Shown: positions 8,323 through 19,266, numbered from the stretch's first letter. The stretch is DNA of 64,000 nucleotides from Rickettsia typhi (GCA_945862535.1 CAMAYG010000007.1:16864-80863), one strand, 5' to 3'. Made by a program: numbers and translations. The notes: generated from the letters alone by a model not told the origin.

Positions 8323-10200
8323 CTAATATGGTTTTTTCTTATTATTTTCTTTGGCTTTTTTTTCTAAAGTTTTTGTTGTAACGGCTTTATTTGCACCATT
8401 TTTTGTTTTAGAAGTTTTTGCCGAGACAGGAGCTTCTTCGGTTTTGCTTTGCACTTCCTTATTTGCACCACTATCGACAGCAGGAGAAACAGCTACAGAT
8501 TCTGGCGATTCTGGCAGATTTTGGTTAGTTGCAGGATCGATTAATGACGAAGTTTTGCTCTCTGGGGTCTCGCCTCCTTCGGTTTCGCTATTAATTTTTC
8601 CTAAGATTTCCCTAGTTGGGGTTTCGTTAATTATAAATTCGATATTTTTTTCTCTTGTGATATCGAAGACTAATAAATTTTCTTGAGTAAGAGGGTTTTT
8701 TCTAGCATTTTCTTCGATTGCGGAAAATAAAACAGAAATTGTTGCAAAAATAGGGTTTTCAACCTGAGAACCTACTGGTGTTTTTCCTTCCTCAGTTGCA
8801 GTGTTAGTTTTTATGGCTTCGGGGCTTGTTACTATTTTGCTTTCTATAGTTTGTTGCGGATTTACAGCATTAGGCTTTGCGGAATCGGGGCTTAAAGAAT
8901 TTTGGCTTAAAGAATTCTGGCTTACTGGGACAGATTCTTGAAAAATATTATTTTGAGAATTTTGATTACTGACGATGCCAAAAATATTTGCAACGATATT
9001 TTTAACATTTTGGAAATTTTCTAATTTAAGAGTTACGGAGCCAAAAGGCTTAGTGTCGTCTGATGCCAATTGAACTTGTCCATTTATACTGAAAGCAAAT
9101 TGAGCATTTTTTAGCTCCATTTTATTGATAAGAACTTTGTGAGCCTTAACCTTATCATCAACCTTGCTGTTATTGCTATTAGCAACAGGAGGGACCGGCA
9201 GTAAAACCTCTTTCGAATTTGCTAATTCTAGATCTAGATCGATAGTTAAGCTACTTTCTAGTGGCACCTGGTTTATTTCTTGTGTTATTTTTGCAATTTC
9301 ATCGATATTGCCCTTAGCAGGAACAACGGGATTGGCTGGATTGTTGACCGGGCCCGAGCCAGCGACTGGAGTAGCGACTGGAGTAGCGACTGGGCTAATA
9401 ACGGCGGACCGATCTTGAGCGGTGGCAACATTATTTTCTTTAACTTCTAGGGCATCTGCCTTAACTGGCTCGCCAGCTGGAGTGTTTAAGATATCTGCCG
9501 TTGCAACAGAGCCGATGTTTTTGAGGTTGATAATATTGTTTTCGTTGCCAATAAAAGATGTTAATATATTTTCTTTAAAAATCTTAGAAAAAAGCGGAGC
9601 ATTGATAGAATTAGAGTTTAAGGTGATTTTTATTTTATCTTTTTCTTCTTCTTTAGCGACAGTAATTTTTAGGCTATTTGATTTAGCTTCGAGAACATCG
9701 TTTTTGGCAGAATCTTTCATCTTAAAACCTTGGTCTTGATAGTCGAAATTGGTAATATAGCCTTGATCTATTTTAAAAGAAGCTTTTGGGACAGAATTGA
9801 ATGAAAGAGAAAAGAGAACATTATCTTTGGCATTAACATTTTCAACCAAAGTAACATCTTCATCGAATGCCACTTCAAAGTCGCTAGAGAAAACTCCGCT
9901 AATGGCATCGATTTTTTTGACAAGAATATAGTGTTTTTCTTGCTGGAGCAAGTCTTTCTTGTTGAATTTATTAGTTAAACCAACCTTAAGATTTACTATT
10001 TCTAATTTTTTCTGCAACGGAAAGCCCGAAACAGAGACGGATTCGGCAGTAATGGTTTCTGAGTGATTTTTTAGATATTGATTAGCTATTTGTTCGATTT
10101 TACTTGCCTGAAAGAACCAAATGCCAATATAGATTATTGCTAATAAAACAACAGCAATAGCAATTTTAATTGCTGAATTTTTATTTATTAAATTTTTCAT
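8323..10200 (-). CDS. Membrane-anchored hypothetical protein with low-complexity Pro/Ala/Val/Asn/Ser-rich repeats (possibly DUF2125-like N-terminus)
   Basis: N-terminal TM helix (IKIAIAVVLLAIIYIGIWFF) followed by ...SVSGFPLQ. Internal tandem repeats VATPVATPVA and QNSLSQNSLS. No enzymatic motif recognised. Confidence 0.4.
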   Translation of the reverse strand: MKNLINKNSAIKIAIAVVLLAIIYIGIWFFQASKIEQIANQYLKNHSETITAESVSVSGFPLQKKLEIVNLKVGLTNKFNKKDLLQQEKHYILVKKIDAISGVFSSDFEVAFDEDVTLVENVNAKDNVLFSLSFNSVPKASFKIDQGYITNFDYQDQGFKMKDSAKNDVLEAKSNSLKITVAKEEEKDKIKITLNSNSINAPLFSKIFKENILTSFIGNENNIINLKNIGSVATADILNTPAGEPVKADALEVKENNVATAQDRSAVISPVATPVATPVAGSGPVNNPANPVVPAKGNIDEIAKITQEINQVPLESSLTIDLDLELANSKEVLLPVPPVANSNNSKVDDKVKAHKVLINKMELKNAQFAFSINGQVQLASDDTKPFGSVTLKLENFQNVKNIVANIFGIVSNQNSQNNIFQESVPVSQNSLSQNSLSPDSAKPNAVNPQQTIESKIVTSPEAIKTNTATEEGKTPVGSQVENPIFATISVLFSAIEENARKNPLTQENLLVFDITREKNIEFIINETPTREILGKINSETEGGETPESKTSSLIDPATNQNLPESPESVAVSPAVDSGANKEVQSKTEEAPVSAKTSKTKNGANKAVTTKTLEKKAKENNKKKPY

Positions 10201-10260
10201 AATAGTTAATTTGTTTCTAATTAGATTTTATAATTCTTGATGCCAAATAAATCTACAAAA

Positions 10261-10623
10261 CTATATGGCAATATTGCGGTTTTCTTCTGGAACGGCAATA
10301 ACCAAACCATCGAGATCTGTAGTCATGACAATTTGACAACCAAGACGAGATGTTGCCGTTAGCCCAAATGCCAGATCTAGCATATCTTCTTCGTCTTCAT
10401 TGGCATTTGGCAATTTGCTATAAAATGCTTTATCGACAATAACATGACAAGTAGAGCAAGCTAAAGAGCCTTCGCAAGCACCTTCGAGCGGAATATTATT
10501 TTGATGAGCAGCCTCTAAGACAGTGGTACCAACAGGAACTGAAAAACTATTATTTTGCCCCTTAACAACAAAATTAATTGTGACTTGTTGACGATTTGCC
10601 GTGTCTTGGTTTGATTGAATCAT
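10261..10623 (-). CDS. fdx: 2Fe-2S ferredoxin, adrenodoxin type
   Basis: CEGSLACSTCHV ... LGCQI gives the Cx5Cx2C...C ligand pattern; 120 aa. Confidence 0.8.
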   Translation of the reverse strand: MIQSNQDTANRQQVTINFVVKGQNNSFSVPVGTTVLEAAHQNNIPLEGACEGSLACSTCHVIVDKAFYSKLPNANEDEEDMLDLAFGLTATSRLGCQIVMTTDLDGLVIAVPEENRNIAI

Positions 10624-11014
10624 TTTACTTATAAATATTTACTATATTGACTTAAAAGAACTCATGTGCAGTTAGATAATAGGCTAATATTAAGGGCCGA
10701 CACTTCGGTTTGCAATATTTAATTAGCAAAACATAAGGTAAAACCTAGACCTCAAAAACCTAATAACCACCATAAATTAGTGAATTTAAGTTAATTTTTA
10801 CAACTTAAAATACAAAATCAAGTATTTTTATTGCATTTATTCATAAATATTACTGAAAGCATCTTATTTATCTGTGCTAAAGGAACAAAAATACTCTCCC
10901 TAGTCTTGCCAAAACATTATAATATAAACATTAAAGCAAAATTCGCTTATTAGTGTTTTTATTTTGCTAATTTTAACATATTGCTATTGACACAGAAAAA
11001 AAACTTTGTTATTT

Positions 11015-11050
11015 TTCCATAAATTTCCATTTTTTTCGTAATTATTCCAT
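11015..11050 (+). promoter_or_regulatory. Three phased TTCCAT repeats just upstream of mraZ (candidate MraZ operator / dcw promoter region)
   Basis: TTCCAT occurs at 11015, 11025 and 11045 (10- and 20-bp phasing), 10-45 nt upstream of the mraZ start. Confidence 0.3.
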
Positions 11051-11059
11051 TTTTTTCCG

Positions 11060-11497
11060 TTGTTTTTATCTAATTTCATTAACAAAATCGACAATAAAGG
11101 CAGAGTCTCCTTACCAGCGCAATTTCGTGCCAACCTAGAAGAGGCAGAAAAAGGATCTATAATTATATATCAATCTTTTGTTAATAGTTGCATCGAGGGT
11201 TGTAGCCTAGCCAGAATCAAGAAAATAGCCGAGGCAATAGACAAGCTAGACCCTTTTTCTGAAGAGCGAGATATTTTTGCTACTACAGTTTTAGGCTGTG
11301 CAATTCAATTATCAATAGATAGCGACGGCAGAATTATTATTCCTAGCGAATTAATTAAAACATCGGAAATTAAAGATAATGTGGTTTTTGTTGGCAAGGG
11401 CACAACCTTTGAAATTTGGCAAACCGAGAAATTTAATCGTTATCTCGAAAATGCCAAAATAATTGCCAAAGAAAAACGAAATTTACTAAAAATTTAG
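11060..11497 (+). CDS. mraZ: Transcriptional regulator MraZ
   Basis: MFLSNFINKIDNKGRVSLPAQFR and a second DSDGRIIIPSELI half show the duplicated DxxGR motif. TTG start. Located upstream of rsmH. Confidence 0.85.
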   Translation: MFLSNFINKIDNKGRVSLPAQFRANLEEAEKGSIIIYQSFVNSCIEGCSLARIKKIAEAIDKLDPFSEERDIFATTVLGCAIQLSIDSDGRIIIPSELIKTSEIKDNVVFVGKGTTFEIWQTEKFNRYLENAKIIAKEKRNLLKI

Positions 11498-11509
11498 CTC
11501 TTAAGAACA

Positions 11510-12466
11510 ATGCAGATTAACTCTCCTCATGCCCCTGTTATGCTAGATGAAGTATTGACCAACCTCAATCCTCAAGATGGAAAAATATATGTCGATGGAA
11601 CTTTCGGTGCTGGTGGCTATTCAAGAGCAATACTCGAAAGCAATAAAAACTGTAAAATAATTGCAATAGATCGCGATCGCGAGGCAGAAAATTTTGCCAA
11701 TAAATTACAGCAAGAATTCTCGCCAAGATTTATTTTTTGCCAAGGAAATTTTTCTGATTTAGCCAAAATATTAAAAGATTTAGAAATTCCAAAAATTGAC
11801 GGATTAATTCTCGATATCGGGGTTTCTTCAATGCAACTCGATCTTCATTACAGAGGATTCTCCTTCGACAGCAATCATCGCCTAGATATGCGGATGGATC
11901 AAACACAAAAACTCGATGCCTTCGAGGTAGTAAATAGTTTTTCCCCTGAAGATTTGGCACAAATAATAAGAAAATTTGGCGACGAACCAAAGGCAAAACT
12001 TATTGCCAAAGAAATAGTCAAGAGAAGAGCAGATAAGCCAATTGAAACCTGTGTAGAATTAGCATCAATTGTTCGCTATTTTTACCACAAACATTACGCA
12101 AAAGACCCTGCCACCAAAACATTTCAAGCAATTAGAATTTTTGTTAACAACGAGTTGCAAGAATTAGAATTAGCACTCAACAGCTCTTCCACCCTACTTG
12201 CCGAAGGAGGAAAGCTAATTATTGTTACTTTTCATTCGCTTGAAGATAAAATAGTCAAAAAATTCTTGCAAAAAGAGGCAATGGAAAATACTGGATGCTC
12301 ACGATATCAAACAACACCAGACTCCATATCGCAAAAAAGTAATTTTGTTGAAGGGGCAGATTTTCGTATTATTACCAAGAAACCAGTAATTCCAAGCGAT
12401 GCAGAAGTTAGAACTAATCCAAGATCTCGATCTGCGAAAATGCGGGTTGCAATAAAACTAAAATAG
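11510..12466 (+). CDS. rsmH: 16S rRNA (cytosine1402-N4)-methyltransferase RsmH
   Basis: HAPVMLDEVL, DGTFGAGGYSRAIL, DIGVSSMQLD and TFHSLEDKIVK are canonical RsmH/MraW motifs. Confidence 0.9.
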   Translation: MQINSPHAPVMLDEVLTNLNPQDGKIYVDGTFGAGGYSRAILESNKNCKIIAIDRDREAENFANKLQQEFSPRFIFCQGNFSDLAKILKDLEIPKIDGLILDIGVSSMQLDLHYRGFSFDSNHRLDMRMDQTQKLDAFEVVNSFSPEDLAQIIRKFGDEPKAKLIAKEIVKRRADKPIETCVELASIVRYFYHKHYAKDPATKTFQAIRIFVNNELQELELALNSSSTLLAEGGKLIIVTFHSLEDKIVKKFLQKEAMENTGCSRYQTTPDSISQKSNFVEGADFRIITKKPVIPSDAEVRTNPRSRSAKMRVAIKLK

Positions 12467-12468
12467 TT

Positions 12469-12828
12469 ATGACCAAATATCGCTTCTATTTTTTTAATAT
12501 CTTAGTTGTCACCATGCTTATCGGCAGTGCCTTTTTTATGTTTGCAGTTCAATTTAAAACAGATGAATTAAGCAAGAAAATTGGCGAGGTCGACAAAAAA
12601 ATCTTCTCTTATCAAGAAAAAATTCAGCTCCTCGAAATAGAGTGGACTTACCTTAACAGGCCAGAAAGACTAAGAAACCTTTCTAGGCTTTATATTAAAA
12701 ACAACAACTATGTTTTTGCTCAGCAAATAAAAAATTTCCAAGAATTTGCCGAATACCAGTCTTCATATCGCAATAATCTTGCAAAAAACCAATTATCGGA
12801 TTTAGAAAATAGCAATAAACAGCTATAA
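12469..12828 (+). CDS. ftsL: Cell division protein FtsL-like
   Basis: 119 aa with a single N-terminal TM helix followed by a coiled coil. Sits directly after rsmH. Confidence 0.5.
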   Translation: MTKYRFYFFNILVVTMLIGSAFFMFAVQFKTDELSKKIGEVDKKIFSYQEKIQLLEIEWTYLNRPERLRNLSRLYIKNNNYVFAQQIKNFQEFAEYQSSYRNNLAKNQLSDLENSNKQL

Positions 12829-12874
12829 TGATGAAGCTATATCTAATAATCTCAAAACTTTAAATATCTTTGAA

Positions 12875-14089
12875 ATGTCAAAAATTGTTGCACTAATTAC
12901 CGCCTGCGGAAGGGGCTTAAGACTAGGGGTTAAAGATGGTATACCAAAGCAATACTTGCCACTAGCTGGCATAGCCATTCTTCGTCACAGTATTTTACAA
13001 TTTCTCAATCATCCTGCAATAGACGAGGTAATGTGTATCATACATCCAGACGATTTAACTCTTTACGAAGAAGCGGTAATTGGGCTAGATTTGCTCAATC
13101 CAGTTTTTGGCGGTCCTAGTCGTCAGGAATCTATCCGTATTGGGCTAGAAGCATTAAAAATTAAGAATCCTCGCAAAGTTTTAATCCACGACGGAGTTCG
13201 CCCTTTTATTTCCAAGGCAATAATTAGCGGGATAGTTGAAAAATTAAAAACTCATCCCGCAGTAATACCAGCAATATTAGTAGAAGATACCATTAAAAAA
13301 TGCGAAAATGGCACAATAGAATGGACGGTGGAACGAGAAAATATGTGGAGGGCACAAACACCGCAAGGCTTCGACTATCAAGACATTTTAGAATCGCACA
13401 GAGCTTTTAAAGACCTAACCTTTACCGATGATGCCGCCTTAAACGAATATGCAGGAATACCTGTAGCAATAATACCTGGCTCACAAAATAACTTTAAAAT
13501 TACCACAATTGAAGATTATCACCGAGCCGAACAGATGGCACAAATGTTTATCAAGCAGAGCCTTGGCTATCAAAGGTCTGGCATAGGTTTCGATGTCCAT
13601 AGTTTTTGCGAACCAAAAGAAGGAGAGGAAGGGGTGATATATCTTGGGGGAGTCGCCGTTAAACACTCCAAAAGAGTTGTTGCTCATTCAGATGGCGATG
13701 TATTAATTCATGCAATTATCGATGCAATACTTGGTGCGGCTTCTTTGGGCGATATTGGCGACTTATTTCCGCCAAATGATGAAAAATGGCGGAATATTAG
13801 CTCGGTTATCTTATTAGAAAAGGTCGATAATCTGCTAAGAAAAAATGGCAATATTATTGTTAATATCGATGCCACAATAATTTGCGAAGAGCCAAAATTA
13901 TTTTATTGCAAGGCGATAATCAAAGAATCACTGGCAAAAATATTAAAAATCGAAGAACAGCAAGTAAGTGTCAAAGCAACAACAACCGAAAAGCTTGGCT
14001 TTCTTGGCAGGGGCGAAGGAATAGCGGCACAAGCCATTGTTAATATTGTTAAATCAAATAACTATTGTCAAGGCTTCGAGGTTGCTTAA
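12875..14089 (+). CDS. ispDF: Bifunctional IspD/IspF (MEP cytidylyltransferase / MEcPP synthase)
   Basis: The N-terminal half has ITACGRGLRLG...PKQYL (IspD). The C-terminal half has IGFDVHSF...VVAHSDGDVLIHAIIDA...GDIG (IspF). Confidence 0.9.
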   Translation: MSKIVALITACGRGLRLGVKDGIPKQYLPLAGIAILRHSILQFLNHPAIDEVMCIIHPDDLTLYEEAVIGLDLLNPVFGGPSRQESIRIGLEALKIKNPRKVLIHDGVRPFISKAIISGIVEKLKTHPAVIPAILVEDTIKKCENGTIEWTVERENMWRAQTPQGFDYQDILESHRAFKDLTFTDDAALNEYAGIPVAIIPGSQNNFKITTIEDYHRAEQMAQMFIKQSLGYQRSGIGFDVHSFCEPKEGEEGVIYLGGVAVKHSKRVVAHSDGDVLIHAIIDAILGAASLGDIGDLFPPNDEKWRNISSVILLEKVDNLLRKNGNIIVNIDATIICEEPKLFYCKAIIKESLAKILKIEEQQVSVKATTTEKLGFLGRGEGIAAQAIVNIVKSNNYCQGFEVA

Positions 14090-14194
14090 CTAAAAGCATT
14101 TTCAATTTTATTTTAAATATGAAATGCCATTGAAGAATTAAAATATTAAGCATTAAAACACTGGAAAAATTAAAACACTAATTGAAAAGTAAAT

Positions 14195-15328
14195 ATGAAC
14201 ATTAAAGACAGAGACTACGATTTTATTAGGCTAGCAATGTCAATTAGTAGAAAAAATGCTGGCATGACCGCAGAAAATCCTAGTGTTGGCTGTGTTATAG
14301 TTCATAATAACGAAATAATTGCCTCGGCAATTACTGCATTAGGTGGCAGACCACATGCAGAATCAATTGCCATTGCTTTAGTTGCCAATAAAGAAATATT
14401 AAAAGAATCGACGATTTATATTAGCCTAGAGCCATGTTGTCATTTCGGTAAAACTCCCCCTTGTGTATTAGAAATTATTAAATATCGCTTCGCTAAAGTG
14501 GTGATTGGGGCAATAGATCGAGACCAAAGAGTAAATGGCAAATCGATTCAATTGCTAAAAGAAAATAATATTACAGTGAAATATCTAGAGCTAGACCAAT
14601 ATTTCGAGGCAATCAACCCGAGTTTTGCAATTCGATCGCAACAAGCAATTCCGAAAATTATTGGCAAAATTGCTACCTCTATCGACGGCAAAATTGCCAC
14701 CCATAATTTTGCTAGCAAATGGCTTAGCAACGAGCATTCTCGTCAATTTGTGCATTATTTACGATCGCAAGTTGATGCGGTAATGATTGGCTCCAACACT
14801 CTAAGATTCGACAACCCCCAATTAAATTGCCGATTAGCAGGCTTTGAAGATAAAAAATTAAGAAAAATCATTGTTGCCAATCACAATAACTTTAACAAGA
14901 ATTTAACTCTTCTGCAAAACCCCAAAGATTTAGTTATTATCACTCAAAACCCTCTAGAATGGCAAGATCTAGAAAAAGCAAAGGCTCAAATTATAGATTG
15001 CTCAAAAATATTAATCGCAGAAAAAGAAGCTTTTACCGATAAAACTTACTTATCGATAGATTTTGGTAGAATTTTAGAAATATTTCGTCAGCTCGACCTT
15101 TATTACATCTTGGCAGAAGGCGGTTCTAGCCTTATCACTAGCCTATTAAAACAGAATATTTTTAGCGAGCTTTATTGGTTTTCGGTTAATAAAATTATTG
15201 GCAATGACGGAATTTCTGCTATAGGAAATTTGGGGCACAATTCAATAAAAAATATGGAAAATTTACAACTAGAACTAAGTAGATCGTTCGGCGATGACAT
15301 TATGCACAAATACACCGCAATCAGTTAA
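14195..15328 (+). CDS. ribD: Riboflavin biosynthesis protein RibD (deaminase/reductase)
   Basis: HAE...LEPCCHFGKTPPC deaminase zinc motif, plus a C-terminal reductase domain (IGKIATSIDGKIAT). Confidence 0.85.
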   Translation: MNIKDRDYDFIRLAMSISRKNAGMTAENPSVGCVIVHNNEIIASAITALGGRPHAESIAIALVANKEILKESTIYISLEPCCHFGKTPPCVLEIIKYRFAKVVIGAIDRDQRVNGKSIQLLKENNITVKYLELDQYFEAINPSFAIRSQQAIPKIIGKIATSIDGKIATHNFASKWLSNEHSRQFVHYLRSQVDAVMIGSNTLRFDNPQLNCRLAGFEDKKLRKIIVANHNNFNKNLTLLQNPKDLVIITQNPLEWQDLEKAKAQIIDCSKILIAEKEAFTDKTYLSIDFGRILEIFRQLDLYYILAEGGSSLITSLLKQNIFSELYWFSVNKIIGNDGISAIGNLGHNSIKNMENLQLELSRSFGDDIMHKYTAIS

Positions 15329-15440
15329 GGTAGAATTATTTACTAAATTTATAGCAACAGAAACAGAAGGAATAAGAAAAAAAGCGATTCGCTAAGAATA
15401 TGACTAGAATGAGATGGTTACCTAAGATAGTGACCAGAGA

Positions 15441-15515
15441 TGGTGACCCCTACGGAATTCGAATCCGTATCGCCACCGTGAAAGGGTGGCGTCCTAACCG
15501 TTAGACGAAGGGGCC
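15441..15515 (-). tRNA. tRNA-Glu (anticodon TTC)
   Basis: The reverse complement GGCCCCTTCGTCTAACGGTTAGGACGCCACCCTTTCACGGTGGCGATACGGATTCGAATTCCGTAGGGGTCACCA folds as a cloverleaf with anticodon loop CTTTCAC. Confidence 0.9.
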
Positions 15516-15590
15516 TTAAAAATATATAGAATAGAGATATTAAAAATCATTTTTTTAATTGCAAGTGTTTTAATTAGATTAATTGCATTT

Positions 15591-16079
15591 TTATAACTCG
15601 CAAATCATAATTACATCATCATAAAATTCATCATCAATTTTTGTATAATTCGGCCTTGTACCATAAATCTTAAAACCGCATTTACGATAAAAGTTAATTG
15701 CAGGAAGATTATTCGCACTACACCCTAAATGGAACTGCCTAACATCTGTCGGCACGATGCTTTTTAGGTAATTCATTAGTTGCATCGATATTCCTAAGCC
15801 ACGAAAACTTGGCTTGACATACATGGCAAAAACTGTTCTTAGATGAGCAAGCTTGGCTCTTTTTTCGTCGAAAAGCCCAACTACCGCCACAATAGCATTT
15901 TCTGCAGTAAAGTAACCAAATAGGTTGTTAGTTGCAACAATTTCTTGCCATTTGTTATTTTCAAATTCGGCCTCTTCGGCAAATGTCGAAATAAAATTAT
16001 AAGGATTATCTTTTAGAGCTTCCAGCCTAATTGATTTATAACTTAAATAATCTGAAATTTCTAGTTTTCTTATTATCAT
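15591..16079 (-). CDS. GNAT-family N-acetyltransferase
   Basis: 162 aa. VKPSFRGLGISMQLM resembles the acetyl-CoA binding R/Q-x-x-G-x-G/A motif, with YRKCGFK near the C-terminus. Confidence 0.7.
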   Translation of the reverse strand: MIIRKLEISDYLSYKSIRLEALKDNPYNFISTFAEEAEFENNKWQEIVATNNLFGYFTAENAIVAVVGLFDEKRAKLAHLRTVFAMYVKPSFRGLGISMQLMNYLKSIVPTDVRQFHLGCSANNLPAINFYRKCGFKIYGTRPNYTKIDDEFYDDVIMICEL

Positions 16080-16095
16080 CTAAAGCAATTACAAG

Positions 16096-17940
16096 TTAGG
16101 CAGGAACTTCACCAATTGGCGATGTTGCTGGTTTTGGCTCTTTTTCGATATTGATATATCTTTGACTAATCAATTGCTTAATCTGATCGCCCGTAAGAGT
16201 TTCGTATTCGAGTAAGGCTTTAGCAAGAATTTCTAGGTCTTCTCTCTTGTTGTTGATAATTTGCCGTGCTTTTTCAAGGGAGTTTTCAACAATTTTCCGT
16301 ACTTCGTTGTCGATATTATTTGCCGTCGTATCAGAAAATTGTTGCTGGGAAATGCCGTAACGATCGACTTTAGAATCGTAGTCTACAGTGCCTAGTAGAT
16401 CGCTCAACCCCCAGCTAATCACCATTTTTCTAGCAATATTTGTTGCCTGCTCAATGTCGGACGAGGCACCAGTAGTGACTTGGTCGTGACCAAAGATAAT
16501 TTCTTCGGCAGCCCTTCCGCCCATTGCCACAACAAGATCGTCAAGTAATTTTGCTCGAGTTACCGAGAAGCGATCTTGTTCGGGTATTCGCATAACTAAA
16601 CCCAATGCTCTTCCGCGAGGAATTATTGTTGCTTTATGAATAGGATCGGAATTTGGCGAATTAATTGCGGTAATAGCATGACCCGCTTCGTGATATGCCG
16701 TTAGCTTCTTTTCGGCATCTTGCATAATCATAGTTCTTCTTTCTGGGCCCATCATGATTTTATCTTTAGCATCTTCTAGGCTTTTCATTGTTACATTTAC
16801 TTGGTTATTACGAGCGGCCATTAGCGCTCCTTCGTTAATAAGATTCGCTAAATCTGCACCCGCAAAACCGGGGGTTCCTCTTGCAAGAATTTTGATATCG
16901 ACATCGCTAGAGGCAACAATTTTCTTGATATGAACTTTTAGAATTTGCTCTCTACCGTTTATATCTGGGTTTGGCACATTAATTTGGCGATCGAACCTGC
17001 CCGGCCTTAGCAATGCCTTGTCTAAAACATCGGGACGATTTGTTGCCGCAACCACTACCACACCTTCATTTTCAGAGAAACCGTCCATTTCAACTAGTAA
17101 TTGATTTAAAGTTTGCTCTCTTTCGTCGTTGCCACCACCAACTCCACTGCCACGATGACGACCTACCGCATCTATTTCATCGATAAATAAAATGCAGGGG
17201 GAAGATTTTTTTGCCTGCTCGAACATATCACGAACCCTACTCGCCCCAACACCTACAAACATTTCGACGAAATCGGAACCAGAAATAGAAAAAAACGGCA
17301 CACCAGCTTCGCCAGCAATTGCCCTTGCAAGCAAAGTTTTACCAGTTCCTGGGGAACCGATTAGGAGGCAACCCCTTGGAATCCTTGCTCCAATGTCAAT
17401 ATACTTCTTTGGCTCTTTTAAGAAATCGACAATTTCAGATAATTCTTGCTTAGCTTCATCGATACCAGCAACATCTACAAAAGTGACTTTACTTTTACTT
17501 TCTTGCAATAGTTTTGCCCTTGATTTGCCAAAACTTAGGGCTTTATTGCCTCCGGAAGATATACCTTTAGCAAGAAAAAACCACAGAGCAATCATTACAA
17601 CCAGTGGCAACCAACCTAATAACCCGCCAACAAGTTTCTCTGTTTTGCTAACAAGTGGCAAAACTTCGATTTCGACATTATTCTCCTTGAGGAGATCGAC
17701 TAAATTGGGATAATGTGTAAGATTGGTAAAAAACTTCGAGCCATCTTTAAGTGTTCCGTAGAGCTCGTCTCCTTTTATTTCTACTTTTGTAACTTCTTGT
17801 TTTTCTGCTTTCGCTAAAAATTCACTAAAAACTACCTTTTTCGAATTGTTATTGCCGTCAAAAACTTGCGATAAAATAAAGACTCCCGCCAATACTAGAA
17901 GCCAGATAATGAAATTTTTACGATGATTTTTATTGGGCAT
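16096..17940 (-). CDS. ftsH: ATP-dependent zinc metalloprotease FtsH
   Basis: Walker [14 protein letters not shown], Walker [12 protein letters not shown] region, and zinc motif HEAGHA. Confidence 0.95.
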   Translation of the reverse strand: MPNKNHRKNFIIWLLVLAGVFILSQVFDGNNNSKKVVFSEFLAKAEKQEVTKVEIKGDELYGTLKDGSKFFTNLTHYPNLVDLLKENNVEIEVLPLVSKTEKLVGGLLGWLPLVVMIALWFFLAKGISSGGNKALSFGKSRAKLLQESKSKVTFVDVAGIDEAKQELSEIVDFLKEPKKYIDIGARIPRGCLLIGSPGTGKTLLARAIAGEAGVPFFSISGSDFVEMFVGVGASRVRDMFEQAKKSSPCILFIDEIDAVGRHRGSGVGGGNDEREQTLNQLLVEMDGFSENEGVVVVAATNRPDVLDKALLRPGRFDRQINVPNPDINGREQILKVHIKKIVASSDVDIKILARGTPGFAGADLANLINEGALMAARNNQVNVTMKSLEDAKDKIMMGPERRTMIMQDAEKKLTAYHEAGHAITAINSPNSDPIHKATIIPRGRALGLVMRIPEQDRFSVTRAKLLDDLVVAMGGRAAEEIIFGHDQVTTGASSDIEQATNIARKMVISWGLSDLLGTVDYDSKVDRYGISQQQFSDTTANNIDNEVRKIVENSLEKARQIINNKREDLEILAKALLEYETLTGDQIKQLISQRYINIEKEPKPATSPIGEVPA

Positions 17941-18197
17941 TATTTTAGTGTTAAAATTATGACAATGCTAAATATGATAATAATTAAGCTGTCGTCGATT
18001 AAGTTGCGATATTTTACCAAATATATTAGGCAAGAATATTGTTTCCGATGTTGAAAGAAATTATAGCCAAATCTTTAAACCAAAAATATGAGTTTAGAAC
18101 TTGGTTAATTCAATGTAAATTTTAACATTAGAAACGACATAATATCTTGTGTGATAAAAATTTAAACATCGTGAAGTAATTTTCAAGGGCAGAGTTG

Positions 18198-18890
18198 CTA
18201 ATAATTGTAACTTTCTAAGAATTTTTTTAACTTGCTAAATGCTAGACTTCTGTGTGAAATACTATTTTTTTGCTCCGAGCTAATTTCTCCGAATGTTAAC
18301 CTGCCCCCATTAGGGACAAATATCGGATCGTAGCCAAAGCCATTTCCCCCTCTGGGCGGAAAAGACAAGAAGCCGTCAATCCTGCCCTCAAAAGAGAAAT
18401 GGCTCTTGTTGTTGTAGTTGTAAAAAGTAAGATTGCAAATAAAATAACAAGAAATAGCGGTATTATTATCGTTATTAACAGTTTTGTAATTTGCATTTGG
18501 TGAATCATTATAGCTCTCGGCAATAATATTTTGAATTTTTTCAAATGCCCAAGGGTAATTGGTTTTGCCAGTGGCATCAATTGCAAATCTTGCGGAATGA
18601 ACACCAGGTAAATCGCCAATTGCAGGGATGACAAAGCCAGAATCGTCGGCAATGGCATTAAAGCAAAAAGATTCTGCATAATATTTTGCTTTAATTAGTG
18701 AGTTATCAGCAAAAGAATCGCCATTTTCAACAGGTTCGCCAATGTTATTTTTGGCGATTAAATCTCCGGCGAAAAGCAGGTTAAAATCTGTTAATTTTGT
18801 TGATATTACACTTTCGGCATTATCTTTGAACAACTGGCTAATTTCCAAAAATTTATCACTATTATTGGTGGCTATAAGAATTGGCAACAT
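18198..18890 (-). CDS. rdgB: dITP/XTP pyrophosphatase (RdgB/HAM1 family)
   Basis: IATNNSDKFLE, DDSGFVIPAIGDLPGVHSARF and GGNGFGYDPIF are HAM1 signatures, with an internal Asn-rich insertion. Confidence 0.75.
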   Translation of the reverse strand: MLPILIATNNSDKFLEISQLFKDNAESVISTKLTDFNLLFAGDLIAKNNIGEPVENGDSFADNSLIKAKYYAESFCFNAIADDSGFVIPAIGDLPGVHSARFAIDATGKTNYPWAFEKIQNIIAESYNDSPNANYKTVNNDNNTAISCYFICNLTFYNYNNKSHFSFEGRIDGFLSFPPRGGNGFGYDPIFVPNGGRLTFGEISSEQKNSISHRSLAFSKLKKFLESYNY

Positions 18891-18903
18891 ATTAAGCGGT
18901 AAT

Positions 18904-19266
18904 TTATTGATAATCGTTGCTAGATTTACCTAGGAAACTGAAAAGTCTTCTAATATTTTGTAAAAGATTTTTTATTAGGGTGGCAATAAATTGATAATTA
19001 ACTTCTTTATTCCTGATGTATCTTCTACTTATCACAAATAATATTGAAAACTGCACAGTAAGAGCAGAAATACCAGAAATTATTTGGCTAGTATTGGGAG
19101 TTACCACCCCCCAGATAAACCAAAATATACCGCTAATAGTAAATAAACCATAAATCGCAAATTGTATCAAAGGCAAATCTTTTGTTCTCAAGATATAATA
19201 TCCCTCAAGATAAATGGCAATGTTAAGAAATATATCGCCAATATGCATTATGGTGTCTGGACTCAT
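18904..19266 (-). CDS. Small integral membrane protein, function unknown
   Basis: 120 aa with three hydrophobic segments. No diagnostic motif. Confidence 0.35.
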   Translation of the reverse strand: MSPDTIMHIGDIFLNIAIYLEGYYILRTKDLPLIQFAIYGLFTISGIFWFIWGVVTPNTSQIISGISALTVQFSILFVISRRYIRNKEVNYQFIATLIKNLLQNIRRLFSFLGKSSNDYQ

